Shown piece by piece: positions 1 to 11,529 of a DNA stretch of 64,000 nt; position 1 is the first letter of the stretch; every line of letters starts with the position of its first letter. Position numbers and translations under genes: made by a program. This stretch comes from Selaginella moellendorffii (lineage: Eukaryota; Plantae; Lycopodiophyta). Location: assembly GCF_000143415.4 (NCBI RefSeq), contig NW_003314288.1:1302056-1366055 (forward strand), read 5' to 3'. A model generated the notes under the pieces. It had not been told where the DNA came from, did no database searches, and saw nothing but the letters and a program-made list of their open reading frames with translations.

Positions 1-1285
1 CAAACTGAGACAGACGCACGACACGTCACAGGAAAAGTAGACAACACGTACCGAAATTATTCCCCAGAGGCCCCAGTGCAAGTGGCTCGCAAGTTCATAC
101 AGATCAACTCGGAGCAGTAGCGTGTCCACATCTCCTCGACTCGCTTTTGATCCGGAGGAATCCAGGTATGCTTCTATGAATCTTCGCCGCTCATCTTCAT
201 CTGCCGAATGAGAGCAACAGTGTAAGCTCTCGCAATTAAAATGCTCTCTCTCGTTTTCTCGACGAGACAAGGCGAAAAGTACTTGCCTGGATACTTGGCA
301 TAGTCCAGCCGGTGGGGAGATTCCGTGTGATAATCGGCAGCCATCTCGCAGAAGTGATTCGCAATGTCAAACGCCACGGGATTGTAGCTGGCGTACTCGT
401 AGTCCTGTTAAGCACCAACGTTAATTAGATTGAGAAAACTAAAGAAGAGAAAGAAGATCCACCAAGCAAAAAGGCCTTGAAAGAAACGCACTATAATGGT
501 CAGAGCGTCGGTGGCATCGTTGTGCATGATATTCCCGTATTGTAAATCGTTGTGGCAAAACCCAATCACATCGCCAGGCTCCGGGATGGTTCTCTCGGCC
601 TCGCGAATCTCCGACTCCAATCTCTTCATGTGGAATTCTTGCATCGATTGAGGCGAGCATAGCTTCTCCGCCTTTTGGAGCCAGTCCCTGCGATCGAAAT
701 TCTCAGTGTAGAGATCGTTTGTAAGGCTATAGCTGTGTACCTCAAGCGCTCCCACAGCTTAGGCTCGTGCGATTCCGGCAAATCCAGGCGATGGAATTCC
801 CACATCTTGGCCGCAATCCGTGCGGAGATTCCAGGATCGCGAAGATCGGCAGCCGTGAGCGTCTGCAAGAAATTCCAATCCGTCATCGCGGTTGCAAGAA
901 AGCCAAGGGAAAAGGAGACACAAACCCTGGCGTGGATGAATTCCTCCACTCGGCCATTGGGGAATCGGCCAAGAAGACGCGGCCCCTGGCCCTTGCGCGA
1001 CACGAATTCGAAAATCCGGACCTCGTCCTCCCGCTTGAACAGGATGTCGACGCTGTCGCCGTAAATCCTCACCAGCGCCTTGCGCTGCTGCTCGCCGACC
1101 CTGCCGCTCCCCCCCGGCCACTGGCACTCGTAGATGTGATTCGTCATAGCTCCCTTGAGCGGCCTCCATGTCACGTCCAGAGCATCCAAGACATCCGGCC
1201 ACTTCCCGGCGAGCTTGTGGAGAAGGGGGAAAACTTCGCTGGGGATGATCCCGCTTGAAACTTCGCTATCGTCGAGTGATCCCAT
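1..1285 (-). CDS. Choline/ethanolamine kinase (multi-exon; 3' end runs off the left edge)
   Basis: ATG at 1285 (MGSLDD...). Exons carry [33 protein letters not shown], the Brenner motif [33 protein letters not shown] and [10 protein letters not shown]. Introns are short GT-AG. Confidence 0.93.
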
Positions 1286-1414
1286 CGCCTCGCCAAATCC
1301 AAATGAACGAACGAAACCTAAAACGAGGGATACATAGCGCGAAAAGCGGAGCGCCACGTCATCGACAAACACGTATACTTTTCTTTACTTTTACCCCATA
1401 CGTAAATGTAGATA

Positions 1415-1433
1415 TTTGAATTTGGGCGGGAAA
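1415..1433 (-). promoter_or_regulatory. E2F site (TTTCCCGCC) with adjacent CHR-like TTYRAA element
   Basis: The + strand reads TTTGAA-TTT-GGGCGGGAAA. It lies in the divergent promoter region upstream of the kinase. Confidence 0.5.
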
Positions 1434-2383
1434 GACAATCTAGGGTTCTATGGCATTTCTCGACCCTAAAGTGGTGGCGATTCTCGATCGATCGAGCGGT
1501 TTTGTCGAGTTTCTAGGTTTTGCGAGCTTGATTTTGAGTCGTGTCTAGCGAATCGGATGGATGCTCTACATAGGTACCGAGCTTCAATACGATAGGACTC
1601 GGAATCGCGTCACGGGGACTTCTGAAGAAAAGTCTGTGAGAAATGGTCCATTGTGGCGACGGTCTATCCCTTATCTCCGCTTTGTACTTTTGGGATCACC
1701 ATTTCAAAGCGTGCTTGGAAAAAAGAACCAAAGGTAAACATAATTGTCAATAGCTTCTCTCTCGCCCATTGTGCCAAACGTGTTCTTCTCCAGTTTGCGG
1801 TTCTCCTCGATCAAGAATCTCGTGTCCAATCATCGAGGTAGGAAACTTTCCTTTGGCTAACAGTAGAGAACAATTGTATGGCAGGACTTTAGTGAGTGGC
1901 TGCATTACCAGGATCTAGAAGATAATGGTACACAGGCTTTCCCATTTTTCTGCCAGGAAATCCGAAGAAATCCGTGACCAGGTCTGTTTAATCCGTTTTT
2001 ATCTGCTGCTATCGTTTTCTTTTTCGTCTTGCAGGACGCACGGATTTTAATTTTTTTGGGAACAGTAGATTTGCAATCCAATATCTAAGATTGCTGTGAA
2101 AACCACTGAGAACAGTGCATACCAAATGTAACTCGTGCTCTTGGTACGTTTCTTCGGTGTTCTTAGCGACATTGCTATTGATCTTCCATTAAATCTAGGA
2201 AAGGAGCTGTCGCAAAGAGGATCTAGACGGCCTTGTACGCTCGACTCGTCCACCACACACGTAAGATTCGATTGTTTCATTTAGTTTGTATCGATTCTCT
2301 TGCGTTTTCATGGCAGGGAACGCTTTTCTTCGATCACAAAAGAATGTTCTTCAAATACAATAGAACTTACTTAAACATGGCAT

Positions 2384-2403
2384 TTTGAAACTTGGGCGGG
2401 AAA
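2384..2403 (-). promoter_or_regulatory. E2F site (TTTCCCGCC) with adjacent CHR-like element upstream of the SNM1-like gene
   Basis: The + strand reads TTTGAA-ACTT-GGGCGGGAAA, about 100 bp upstream of ATG 2501 of a DNA-repair gene. Confidence 0.6.
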
Positions 2404-2500
2404 TTACTAGCTAGGGTGTTTTGGAGAGCAAGAGGGGCGTCTAGGGCGGCGTCTCTCTTAACGAGTCAGCTAAGGCTCGCGAGTCGCGACTAGAATCAGG

Positions 2501-4921
2501 ATGGATGCTTCACTGGGCCTCTCTGATGATGCTGCCGGGGCAGAGGATTGGGATGATGACGATATGGTGAGCTTGATGATGACTCAGGTGGATTCGCCGC
2601 TACAAGCGGCCTCGTTGGTGCTCCAAAACATCAGCAATTCGGGGAAAATCCATGAGAATGGCCTAAATGCGGCCGTCTTTTGTCCGATTTGCAGTTCCGA
2701 GATCACTAGCATGTCGATCCAGCAACGCGAAGACCATTCTAATTTGTGTTTGGATCAAAAATCACAAGTAAGTTTCTCTCAATGTCTTTCCTTTTTTGTT
2801 TCCTCAACCATGTTTGTGATTTTTTGTTCTCAGCATTGCCAGAACGATGTGCCATCTGCAGTGGAGTGTTTGGATAAAAAATCACAAGTAAGTTTCGTCT
2901 TTCATTTCTTTTCTTGTATTCCTCAAACATGTTTGTGACTTCTTGTTCTCAGCATTGCCAGAACGACGTGCCATCTGCAGTGGAAGAAGATCAGGTAAAG
3001 AGATGAATATTTCTTTCGTTTCTAACTTTTATTTTTTCGTGCTACCAGAATTTGCCAGTTGATGTTGCCCCGGTGGTCAGGTTTCTGGAGAAGCTTAACT
3101 TGTCCAAATACGCATCCTTGTTTATCAAGGAAGAGATCGACTGGGACACCTTGCATTGGCTTACAGAGGAAGTAAGACGAGTTTTCTAGATTCTGGTACG
3201 TCACTGAATTGGCTGCATTCTCAGGATCTCCGTAGCTTGGGAATCGATGCTTTTGGACCTCGGAAGAAGATTGTTTCCGCTTTAAGGGAGATGAAAACAC
3301 CTTTCTCCACCGAAGTTCCAGTTCCGGAGAATGACACGCACAAAACAAACGATAACGAAGAAGACGAAGCGCTGCTGCCGCAGTCAGGCAAAAAGTATAT
3401 CACAGATTTTTTCGGAGCTACTGGAGGAACAGGAGGCACAAAACCCGCTTCTGGAAGAAAGAGAAACGGTGATGCGTCACTCAGTAAAACTCGGAAGAAA
3501 CCTTCCAATTTATTCAAAGCTGCCGAAGCACGGCAGTGGATGAAAATTCCAGGCACAACGTTCAGAGTGGTCCGTCTGATCTGTATTCTACTGTTATCTC
3601 ACGACTGAGTTTGCAGGATGCGTTCAAGCACACGACTACCGAATGTTCCCATTGGTTTCTCACTCATTTTCACAGCGATCGTAAGTACTCATTCTGTTAC
3701 TCGACTTATCTTGCTTGGCTGTTTTGTTTCAGACTATCAAGGGCTTACTAAAAGCTTTCGGTTCGGAAAAATCTACTGCTCCATGATAACTGCGCGCCTT
3801 GTGAACTTGCGAATAGGAATTACGTGGGATCGCTTACATCCTTTAAACTTCAACGAAAGAACAAAGATCGACGGAGTATGGGTGACACTCTTGGATGCAA
3901 ACCACTGTCCAGGTGCGGCCATGATCCTTTTCGAAACACACGATGGTAAGGTGTGGCAGCTAGTTTTCGTGAAAAGTTTCAATGAGAACTTGATCATTGT
4001 TTGATGCAGTTTGTCTTGCACACGGGAGACTTTCGGTTTTGCGATGACATGGCAAGAATCATGGATATCTTACCATGTAGATTGTCTACATTGGTTTTGG
4101 ATACAACGTACTGCGATCCTCAGGTATTTGAAGCAGTTTTAAGTTCCACGGCTCATACGTGTTGCATGTAGTACGACTTTCCAAAGCAAGAAACCGTCAT
4201 TCAGTTCGTTATTGATGCCATTCAAGCCGAATCGTTCAACCCGAGTACTTTGTTTCTAATAGGAACTTACAGTCTGGGTAAGTTCCTCTTTTTCGTTTGC
4301 ACAATTTTTAGAGACTGACCTTCAAACTACCAGGAAAAGAGAGACTGTTCTTGGAAGTCGCTAGAGTTCTTCGGAAGAAAATATACGTCGGAGCTGTCAA
4401 GCGCAGAATGCTCGGCTGCCTGGATCTCAGCGACGAGGACATGGACTGGATAACCACAAGCGAGTGCGAGAGCAGCATTCACGTCGTCCCACTCTGGAGC
4501 ATTGCGAGCTTCAAACGGATGGCATCCATCTCCCGGCATTACCACGTAAGCTCCAGCCGCTCCAACCTTAAGTCATCCCTTCACGTTTTTGTGAACAGGG
4601 AAAATACACCACCATCGTCAGCTTCTCACCGACAGGGTGGAGCTTTTCCAAAGGGAAAAGAGGAACTGGGAATGGCAAGAGATGGCAGCAGGGAACTATA
4701 ATCAGGTAGTGTGATCTCTTACGTTGTCAAGGATCGCGAGTATTTCTTTGATCGCTCTCTCCTTGATCTTTGCTAGGTACGAGGTCCCTTACAGCGAGCA
4801 CAGCAGCTTCACGGAATTAAAAACATTCGTGAAGCTTCTCTCGCCAGTGGAGATCATTCCAAGCGTGAATAACTCCTCGATCCAAGCAGCCAAATCCATG
4901 GTAGCCTCGCTAAGGCCTTAG
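2501..4921 (+). CDS. DNA cross-link repair nuclease, SNM1A/PSO2/DCLRE1A-like (UBZ zinc finger, SAM domain, metallo-beta-lactamase/beta-CASP)
   Basis: CPIC...H...C zinc finger; SAM-like FLEKLNLSKYASLFIKEEIDW...LGIDAFGPRKKI; IPGTTFRV|DAF; HWFLTHFHSD|HYQGL; LLDANHCPGA; VLHTGDFRF; LVLDTTYCDP; YEVPYSEHSSFTEL. Stop TAG at 4919-4921. Confidence 0.93.
2747..2984 (+). repeat. ~120-bp tandem duplication covering exon end + intron + exon start within the SNM1-like gene
   Basis: tgtttggat(c/a)aaaaatcacaaGTAAG...ttctcAGcattgccagaacga(t/c)gtgccatctgcagtgga occurs twice, with donor sites at 2768 and 2888. Confidence 0.9.
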
Positions 4922-5040
4922 CCAAAGAATAGCAAAGGAAGAGCTATGGACGAAATTTGAGCTTGCGATTGATTTCTTTGTCGTGGATGAGATTTGAGCC
5001 CGCGATCGATTGGTTTGTGTTGCCCTAAGAGGTAGGAGCG

Positions 5041-5577
5041 ATGGCGATGGCGATGGCGCTGCGGCAGGCTCTTCTTCGCAAATCGCCTTTCAATTCGGTG
5101 CCCCGGCGCTCTGTCAAGTACAATGCCGTGGAACTCCCGACGAACAGCTACAATCGCTTCGCGCTGAAGAGCCAGGAAGAGGTGGAGCACGACCTCCGTA
5201 AGTATCTTCTATCTTTTTGGTCTTTTTCGCACTCTCAAGCGCTGGATTTCCATTTCCTAGATGAGATCAGCAAATGGAAGAAGATAACTCTCGGGATGAT
5301 CATCGTGTGCCTTTGTGATGGGTTCTATGTCTACAACCATCCGGAAGTTCATGAGCCCAGAAAAGTACGTTCTAAGAGTTTTTCTTCTTTTCTCTCCTTT
5401 TGTGATTTTCTTTTCTTGCTATCCCTCGCAGGAGTATCCATACATGAACGTTCGCCACAAGGATTTTCCATGGGGTGAGTATCTCGACTTGGAAGTAAGT
5501 ATGAGCTTTTGACTTTTTTATTTTCTGTTCCAGGCCCGGATCCTCTCTTGAAGACGCTGTTTGGCACGGAACATTGA
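5041..5577 (+). CDS. COX6A: Cytochrome c oxidase subunit 6a, mitochondrial (4 exons)
   Basis: Arg-rich presequence, EISKWKKIT followed by a TM segment, and EYPYMNVRHKDFPWG|PDPL, matching the COX6A signature Y-x-Y-x-x-x-R-x-K-x-FPWG. Confidence 0.88.
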
Positions 5578-5967
5578 ATGGAGGTGGCTGGGAAATAATC
5601 CTCCGGATGCTAGCAGAATCAATAATTCTCACGCTTGGTTCTTGCTAGAGGTCCGTTGATCCATGTTCGTGTCGATAAACACGCTCTGTGCAACCTCTTT
5701 TTTACTTCAGAATCCAGACCAAAGTTTTTGGAAATGCACGCTGTCTTGAAAGAAACTAATGCTTTCTAGTTGGATTTGACAGAGGACAGCGTGCTATTGA
5801 CTTACGCTCTCGATCATGCATCATCCAGCCTTTATCAAAGACAAACATGATTGAACCTCAGCAAAGAACTTCTGTAGAATTCAACAAAAGAAATTTATAG
5901 CAAGAGTCGAGTACATTCGAAGGTTTGTAATAGAACCTCCATCGTTTTATGCTGCGCTGACTTCGTA

Positions 5968-7436
5968 TCATTGCAGGAATCCCAGCCTCTGCAACACTAG
6001 CCTCGCCTGTTCTGCAGATAGAGCTGGAGAAACTCCACTATCATCCACCGGAAGAGAGAAGAGGCTCGACTGGTACTTTGCGGGATGAGCTCCGCTGAGC
6101 AACTCAAGCGATCTCGTCAAGCCCAGGACTTTGCCGTGGAAGTGAGCCACCGAGTGTTCGTATGGAGCGACGATCTCCTTCCGGTGCCTGTAAAGCAGTG
6201 CTCGAACTGCAGCATCCTGGCCTGCTAGCGCTCCCACGACGCCGGCGACGAGCTGGAGCAGCAAAACCAAAACCAAGTCACACTGGTAACAAAGATCGAT
6301 CCAGTCCAACTTACAGCTTTGGAGGATTTGGAGTGGAGCTCCGGCAGGATCCCGACTGAGAGCGATGTGGCCAACGGTAGAACAGTGGAGCTCGCGACGA
6401 GAGCGCTCAGTGGTGTGGAGAAAGGATCAAATGCTGGGCTCAGCACCTCACCGAATGCTGCATGCACGATCCTTTGGAAAGCCAGCTTGGTCGACGCAAT
6501 CTCCGGGGCCTCGACGCCATCTCCCAGGTGTTTCTGGATCATCCTGCCAAGCGAAAGAGAGAAGATTTTGCTCGATCAAAGCTAGTGTGATCTCCGACGA
6601 TCAAACCTTGTTTGCAACGCGGACTGGATGCCAAACTCGGAGATGATATCCATTGTTAAAGCCTCCTCGCCGGAGAAGTTTGCGCTCTTCTTGGAAGCGG
6701 CAGTCACGTACAAGCGCTGCAAATGGTTCATCACTGTGAAGATTTGTGTCAAGGGAAGTTTTGGATGATGGGCTTTCCCACAGCAGGGAGAGCAGTGGGA
6801 TGGCGGTGGTGGTGTTTGGCGATGGGAGGGACAGGATGGAAGAGATGGGCAAGTGTGACGTGGGGGTGATGGCGGCGGGCACGGTGGTCGTGGTGGCGGA
6901 GTATCGGGTGGCGGACACGGAGGTGGAGGTGGTGTCTTGGAAGGTGGCGGAGTTCTGGGTGGTCGCGTTGGAGGTGGAGGTGGCGGACACGGAGGCGGTG
7001 GCGGCGGTGGCGGAGTTGGAGGTGGTGGACACGGAGGTGGCGGCGGTGGCGGAGTTGGAGGTGGTGGCGGCGGAGGCGGAGGTCGAGTAGGAGGTGGCGG
7101 ACACGGAGGCGGTGGCGGCGGTGGCGCAGTTGGAGGTGGTGGACACGGAGGTGGAGGTGGAGGTGGAGTAGGAGGTGGCGGCGGTGGCGGAGTTGGAGGT
7201 GGTGGACACGGAGGTGGAGGTGGCGGCGATGGCGGGGGCGGAGTTGGCGGGGGTGGAGTTGGAGGTGGGGGTGATGGCGGGGGCGGAGTAGGAGGTGGCG
7301 GTGATGGCGGGGGTGGAGTTGGCGGAGGCGGATGCGGTGGCGGAGGTGGTGGCGGACTTCTGGGAGGAGGTGGTGATTGTTGACCGCCAGCCACACTAGC
7401 GGTCAATACAAACACCAGAAAGGCCAACCACGCCAT
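5968..7436 (-). CDS. Secreted chimeric protein: signal peptide + Pro-rich extensin-like region + divergent desiccation-related PCC13-62 (Ferritin_2) domain, ~447 aa
   Basis: Exons 7436-6607, 6543-6315 and 6252-5968 join in frame. The N-terminal MAWLAFLVFVLTASVAG is a signal peptide, followed by SPPPP/TPPPP/CPPPP repeats. The C-terminal AAFGEVLSPAFDPF...KA|LVAGVVGALAGQDAAVRALLY...VAPY...VAHF resembles PCC13-62 (LxPPFDPY...LVAGLLGVESGQDAVIRxLLY). Confidence 0.85.
6870..7375 (-). repeat. Coding GGN-rich repeat encoding poly-Pro extensin-like tracts
   Basis: ggaggtggcggcggtggcggagtt-type units. The Gly/His/Val-rich ORFs in other frames are shadows of this repeat. Confidence 0.9.
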
Positions 7437-7595
7437 GGTTATTGGTTGATGAAGGACCTAAACCAACAGGACACTTATATATACAAAGCAACCATGCAAA
7501 GTTCCTCACATTAATTTTGTGTCTCCCATTGTGCATGCTATGTCTGATATTTACAAAAGAATGAAAAGGGTAAAATGGAAAGGTAAAAAAGAAAA

Positions 7596-10500
7596 TCAAC
7601 CGAGTTGAAAAGGCACGGCAGATTCTGGGCTGATTCTATTTACTCGAGTTGTGCCCAGTATGTATTCTGGCAGCTCGTCGTCCTCTTTGGCCTGGAAATC
7701 GAGATAAAATAATCTCCAAAACTTTGAAGAAACTTTGATAGCTTTGGTACCTCAACAACAATCGCAAGATCGACAACTATTTTGGTGACATATCCCAGCA
7801 CTAGCCCGATAACTCCTCGTGCCACGGAAGAGGATCCTATATCCACATCAACCTGAAAGAAGAAACTTTGTTTAGAAATGCTCGAGCATTGAAAGAAATG
7901 CTGGAACTTGCAAACGAACCTCCAAGTAATTGTCCTTCCTATGGTAATGGCAAGCTACTGCTCTTCCTAAAAGGCACGCCTTGGTGCCAACAGCTCGTCT
8001 TACGACCCAATATCCCTGCGAGAATCCAAACGAAACAATGCGAGTAAATCCTAGACTATAAATTCATAGCATATAAAACCTAGCCTCACCTCCACGATGC
8101 TTGGAATGAGCTTGAACCGCGAGTTTCTAAACGAGTCATCCCCATTCGCAAACTTCTCAAGCAGTGAGCTTGGCCTAAGCGAGCGATCTGCTGCGTAGTA
8201 AAAGACCAAGCTGTAGTTTGGCTTCGCGGGTACCTTCGGTAGAAAAAGCAAGATCATTGCAGCAGATTTTCGCAAAACTTACCTGCAGGTTGACGATCAA
8301 AACAAATGGAAGTTTTTTGCCTGCTTCTGTCCGGACGATACTTTGTGGATGCCTCGCAACCAAGTCAATTCTGTGAGCGGATTTGTACCAGTCGACGGCT
8401 AGAAGCTTCAAGACTGGCTCTCCCCCAGGAATCTGACAAGGAAAGGCTAAGAACATTGTCACAGTGTGAGAAAGAATGGTACCTTCAGATTATCTCTCGT
8501 ATATGTTCTACCCCGGACCATAAAACCTTTTCCACCGGGGTCCTCCCAACAGTTACAATCCTTGGACGGAGACGCAGGTTCTAGTGAGCCTTTGAATGCG
8601 TTTACATCCAGGTTGATTCGTGGCTCGTCGGCCAGCAGTGGATTTTCCAGTTGCGCTGGAGAGTTAAGAGAAAACCGTGACTAAATTTTTAAGACTCTAA
8701 AGATGTTTTACCTGCAGCAAGTGCCAGCATTGCGCTCCATGGGGCTCTGCTAAGTCTATGGCTCCCTCTCTGCAAAACATAGTTGTGAAAACGTGGTCTA
8801 CGTAAAAGAAAAATGCCATACCTGAAACGGGATATTGCTAATCAGCCCTTCGGTGTCATCACCGGCATCTGGATCCTCGGAAACAATCGCATCAATGAAA
8901 TCTTCGGTAACTTCCGTGTCTGCAGCAGTTTCTAAAGGCTTGGCCGCTTCCTTTGGAACATTCAAAACAGAAATTCGATCTTCTAACAAGCTCAGCTCCG
9001 CTTCAGCCTTGAAAAACTCCCTCAAGCCTGTAGAGCAAAACGATCAACAAATGAGTACAAGCATTACCAAAAAGAACCTGCTGTGCGACAAAGCAATATA
9101 TACGGCACGGTTTTCCGAAAAGAGGAGTAGTCACTCTTTTTCCATTTGCCCCAGCTTTTTCTCCACCTCCCCCATCCTGTGGATTCAATCTCCATAACCT
9201 GTGTTACTAAAGATCGAGATCCCGTGGCTCCTGACCTTGTCGGCAACGGGTTTATCTCCCAAATACCAGCTGCATGAGACCGGACGTTAAACACTTTGAC
9301 AAAGCAGCAAATACGACACTTACAGTTTAAAACAACACGACGTAATCCAGGCCTTTTCGGTCGATTTCTGTGAAGAGTGCTAATTTGCGTGATAGCTGCA
9401 GCCAACCTTTGCATAAACTTCGGGTTATGTCCGTAGAAATGAACTTACAATAAGAGCCATCTTGATCACGGCGCCAATAACGCGAAATCAGAAAGTCCCG
9501 TCTTTTGTATTTTCTATACCAGCTCCAACTGCAAGAACTCCATGTGAATTGTAGCTAGAGAAATAGCAGGATCACTTACTTCTCGAAATATTTTGGATCG
9601 AAAGTCCCGTAGACTATGTCAGCATGCCCGTCGATGTGCTCAACAAGCTCCAAGTCTCCGGTTAGAACATCCCACCTGGATTATGAAACCAAAAACACTG
9701 GCTCTTGTCAAACAAGCTACGAAACGAGAGGCAGAGTTCGATCGGAAGTACTGATGTCTTTGCGACTTGTCTAGGCTCATTACAATCTCAAAAACTGCAT
9801 CCGGCGACGCATCAACCACGCCGACGGATTTCATGATCGTGCCTCTATCAGCCTGTAAGCAACATGAGCTGAAAGAAAGCTCTGATCTTAGCAAAGAAAA
9901 CACACTTGAAGAGCAGCCACGTCCTCAAACATGCGCAAGCCTGCAATTACAGTAGCTAACACTCGCTTGTCAAAAACGGAAAGTTTGACAGACCATTTTG
10001 AGTTTGGAAGCACCTCCAGTCTGCTTGTTCAACGGCATCACCGTCACGCTTGTTGAAATAATCGTCAGTGTCAGCTTCCTGAATCATCGATGTTCGTGCC
10101 CTCATGAGCATTTCAGGCCCTGGAACCTTCCGTCAACTGCATCTATCTCCCTCAGATCTAAGTTTCGTTACCTTTTCCAATGGTAATAAGTCTGCTCAAC
10201 CGCGACTTTGATCGCATCCGGGGCAAAGTCTGTTTACTCCTGCCAAAGCTCCAGATCAGACACAAGGCGGCTGGAAAAAGTGGCACTTACTCCTCCTCAG
10301 TGAGCGAGGGAGCGCGGGCTGATGTTTTTCTAGCTTCAAGTTCGGCCTAGAAAGGAGAAAAGATCAGCCGAGATACAACTAAAGTCAAGGAAGTCACCTC
10401 GTCTTTCGCATGGCGAAACGCGGACATCCATTTCTCTATCTCTTCGGCACTGGAGCACGCAAACTGCGCACACATTCTCGATCACTACCACCACTGGCCT

Positions 10501-10929
10501 GAGAAAATCACTACAGTACCTGTACATGCTTGCTGTGATCTCGTTTACTGTGGATCTTCATTCCATAAAGTACCTGACGAACACGATCACTGTGAAGTTT
10601 CTGAAATGGAGCTAGCTACTTCTTTTCCTGTAACACGCACCCTGCCGTAGACGATCTGGCGGCCAATCTCCGCGACCATCAAGTTGTGTCTAACAATCCC
10701 CTTCTTCATCGGTTGCTGCATCGATCGAGAAAAAATTGTGAGCTTCATTCATGGTAATGGCAGGAGACTAAAGAAATGTTACCAGGCCAGGCTCTTCCTG
10801 TGGATCTCGCTTATACATATCCACGCATCTCCCTTTGATCACCAGGTATCGAGCGTGACAGTACTGGAGGTCCTTGGAATTGATTCCAACATGGTAGACC
10901 CATCCGGCATAAGCTTGTGCTTGGGCCAT
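7596..10929 (-). CDS. EDR2-like lipid-binding protein (PH + START + DUF1336/EDR2 C-terminal), many exons
   Basis: ATG 10929 starts MAQAQAYAGWVYHVG...MYKRDP (PH). MKSVGVVDASPDAVFE and RDFLISRYWRRDQDGSY are START motifs. GWEDPGGKGFMVRG, LKLLAVDWYKS, FRNSRFKLIPSIVE, DIGSSSVARGVIGLVLGY and ELPEYILG are DUF1336 motifs. Stop at 7596-7598. An upstream non-coding exon lies at ~11136-11200. Confidence 0.9.
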
Positions 10930-11529
10930 TCTCCGCGCGTAGCCGATCTCCTTTCTCTGCGATCACAGCCAAACTAAGACTTGCGAAGCTAAACAAATGA
11001 TCGAATGGCTTCCAGCTGGAATCGCCTGTCCCAAACCTAAACTAAAGAAATATTTTCGAGCTCGTCGTGAAATGCGTGCGAGACAACGTGATCGCAAGGG
11101 GGCCGCATTGCCATAGATCGAGAAAATAGGCTTACCGCGATTGCTAAGCGATCGCATTGAGAAGGTGAAGAGACGTGGTCGCCATAGCCAGCGATTAGGG
11201 CTCCGAGCTCATGGACATAACGGCAGTTGCCTTTACCCCAGTTTAACCGGCCTTAAAGCTCGCTTATAGGGGAAAAATATTTCTAGGGCTCTTGATGGAT
11301 CCCCATTTTATAGATATCTTTATTGAGAAATCAGGAAGTGCATTCAAGATTTAAGTTGGTTTCTGCCATAAAAACCACGTAAAAATCAGCCAAGAAGTAT
11401 CAATGTCCAAGACTTAAAAGCTGGTTTCTAGGTGTTGCAGAGAACCACGTGGAAGTCTGTTCCAAAAACTATTAACATAGGAGAGATTGCCACCATGTAA
11501 GCATTTGAAAAAGCTCCAAAGTTAAAATA

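Noticed and set aside
6601-7396. Gly-rich, His/Arg-rich, Val/Glu-rich and Thr/Ser-rich ORFs
   Set aside because: Alternative-frame and antisense shadows of the poly-Pro coding repeat.
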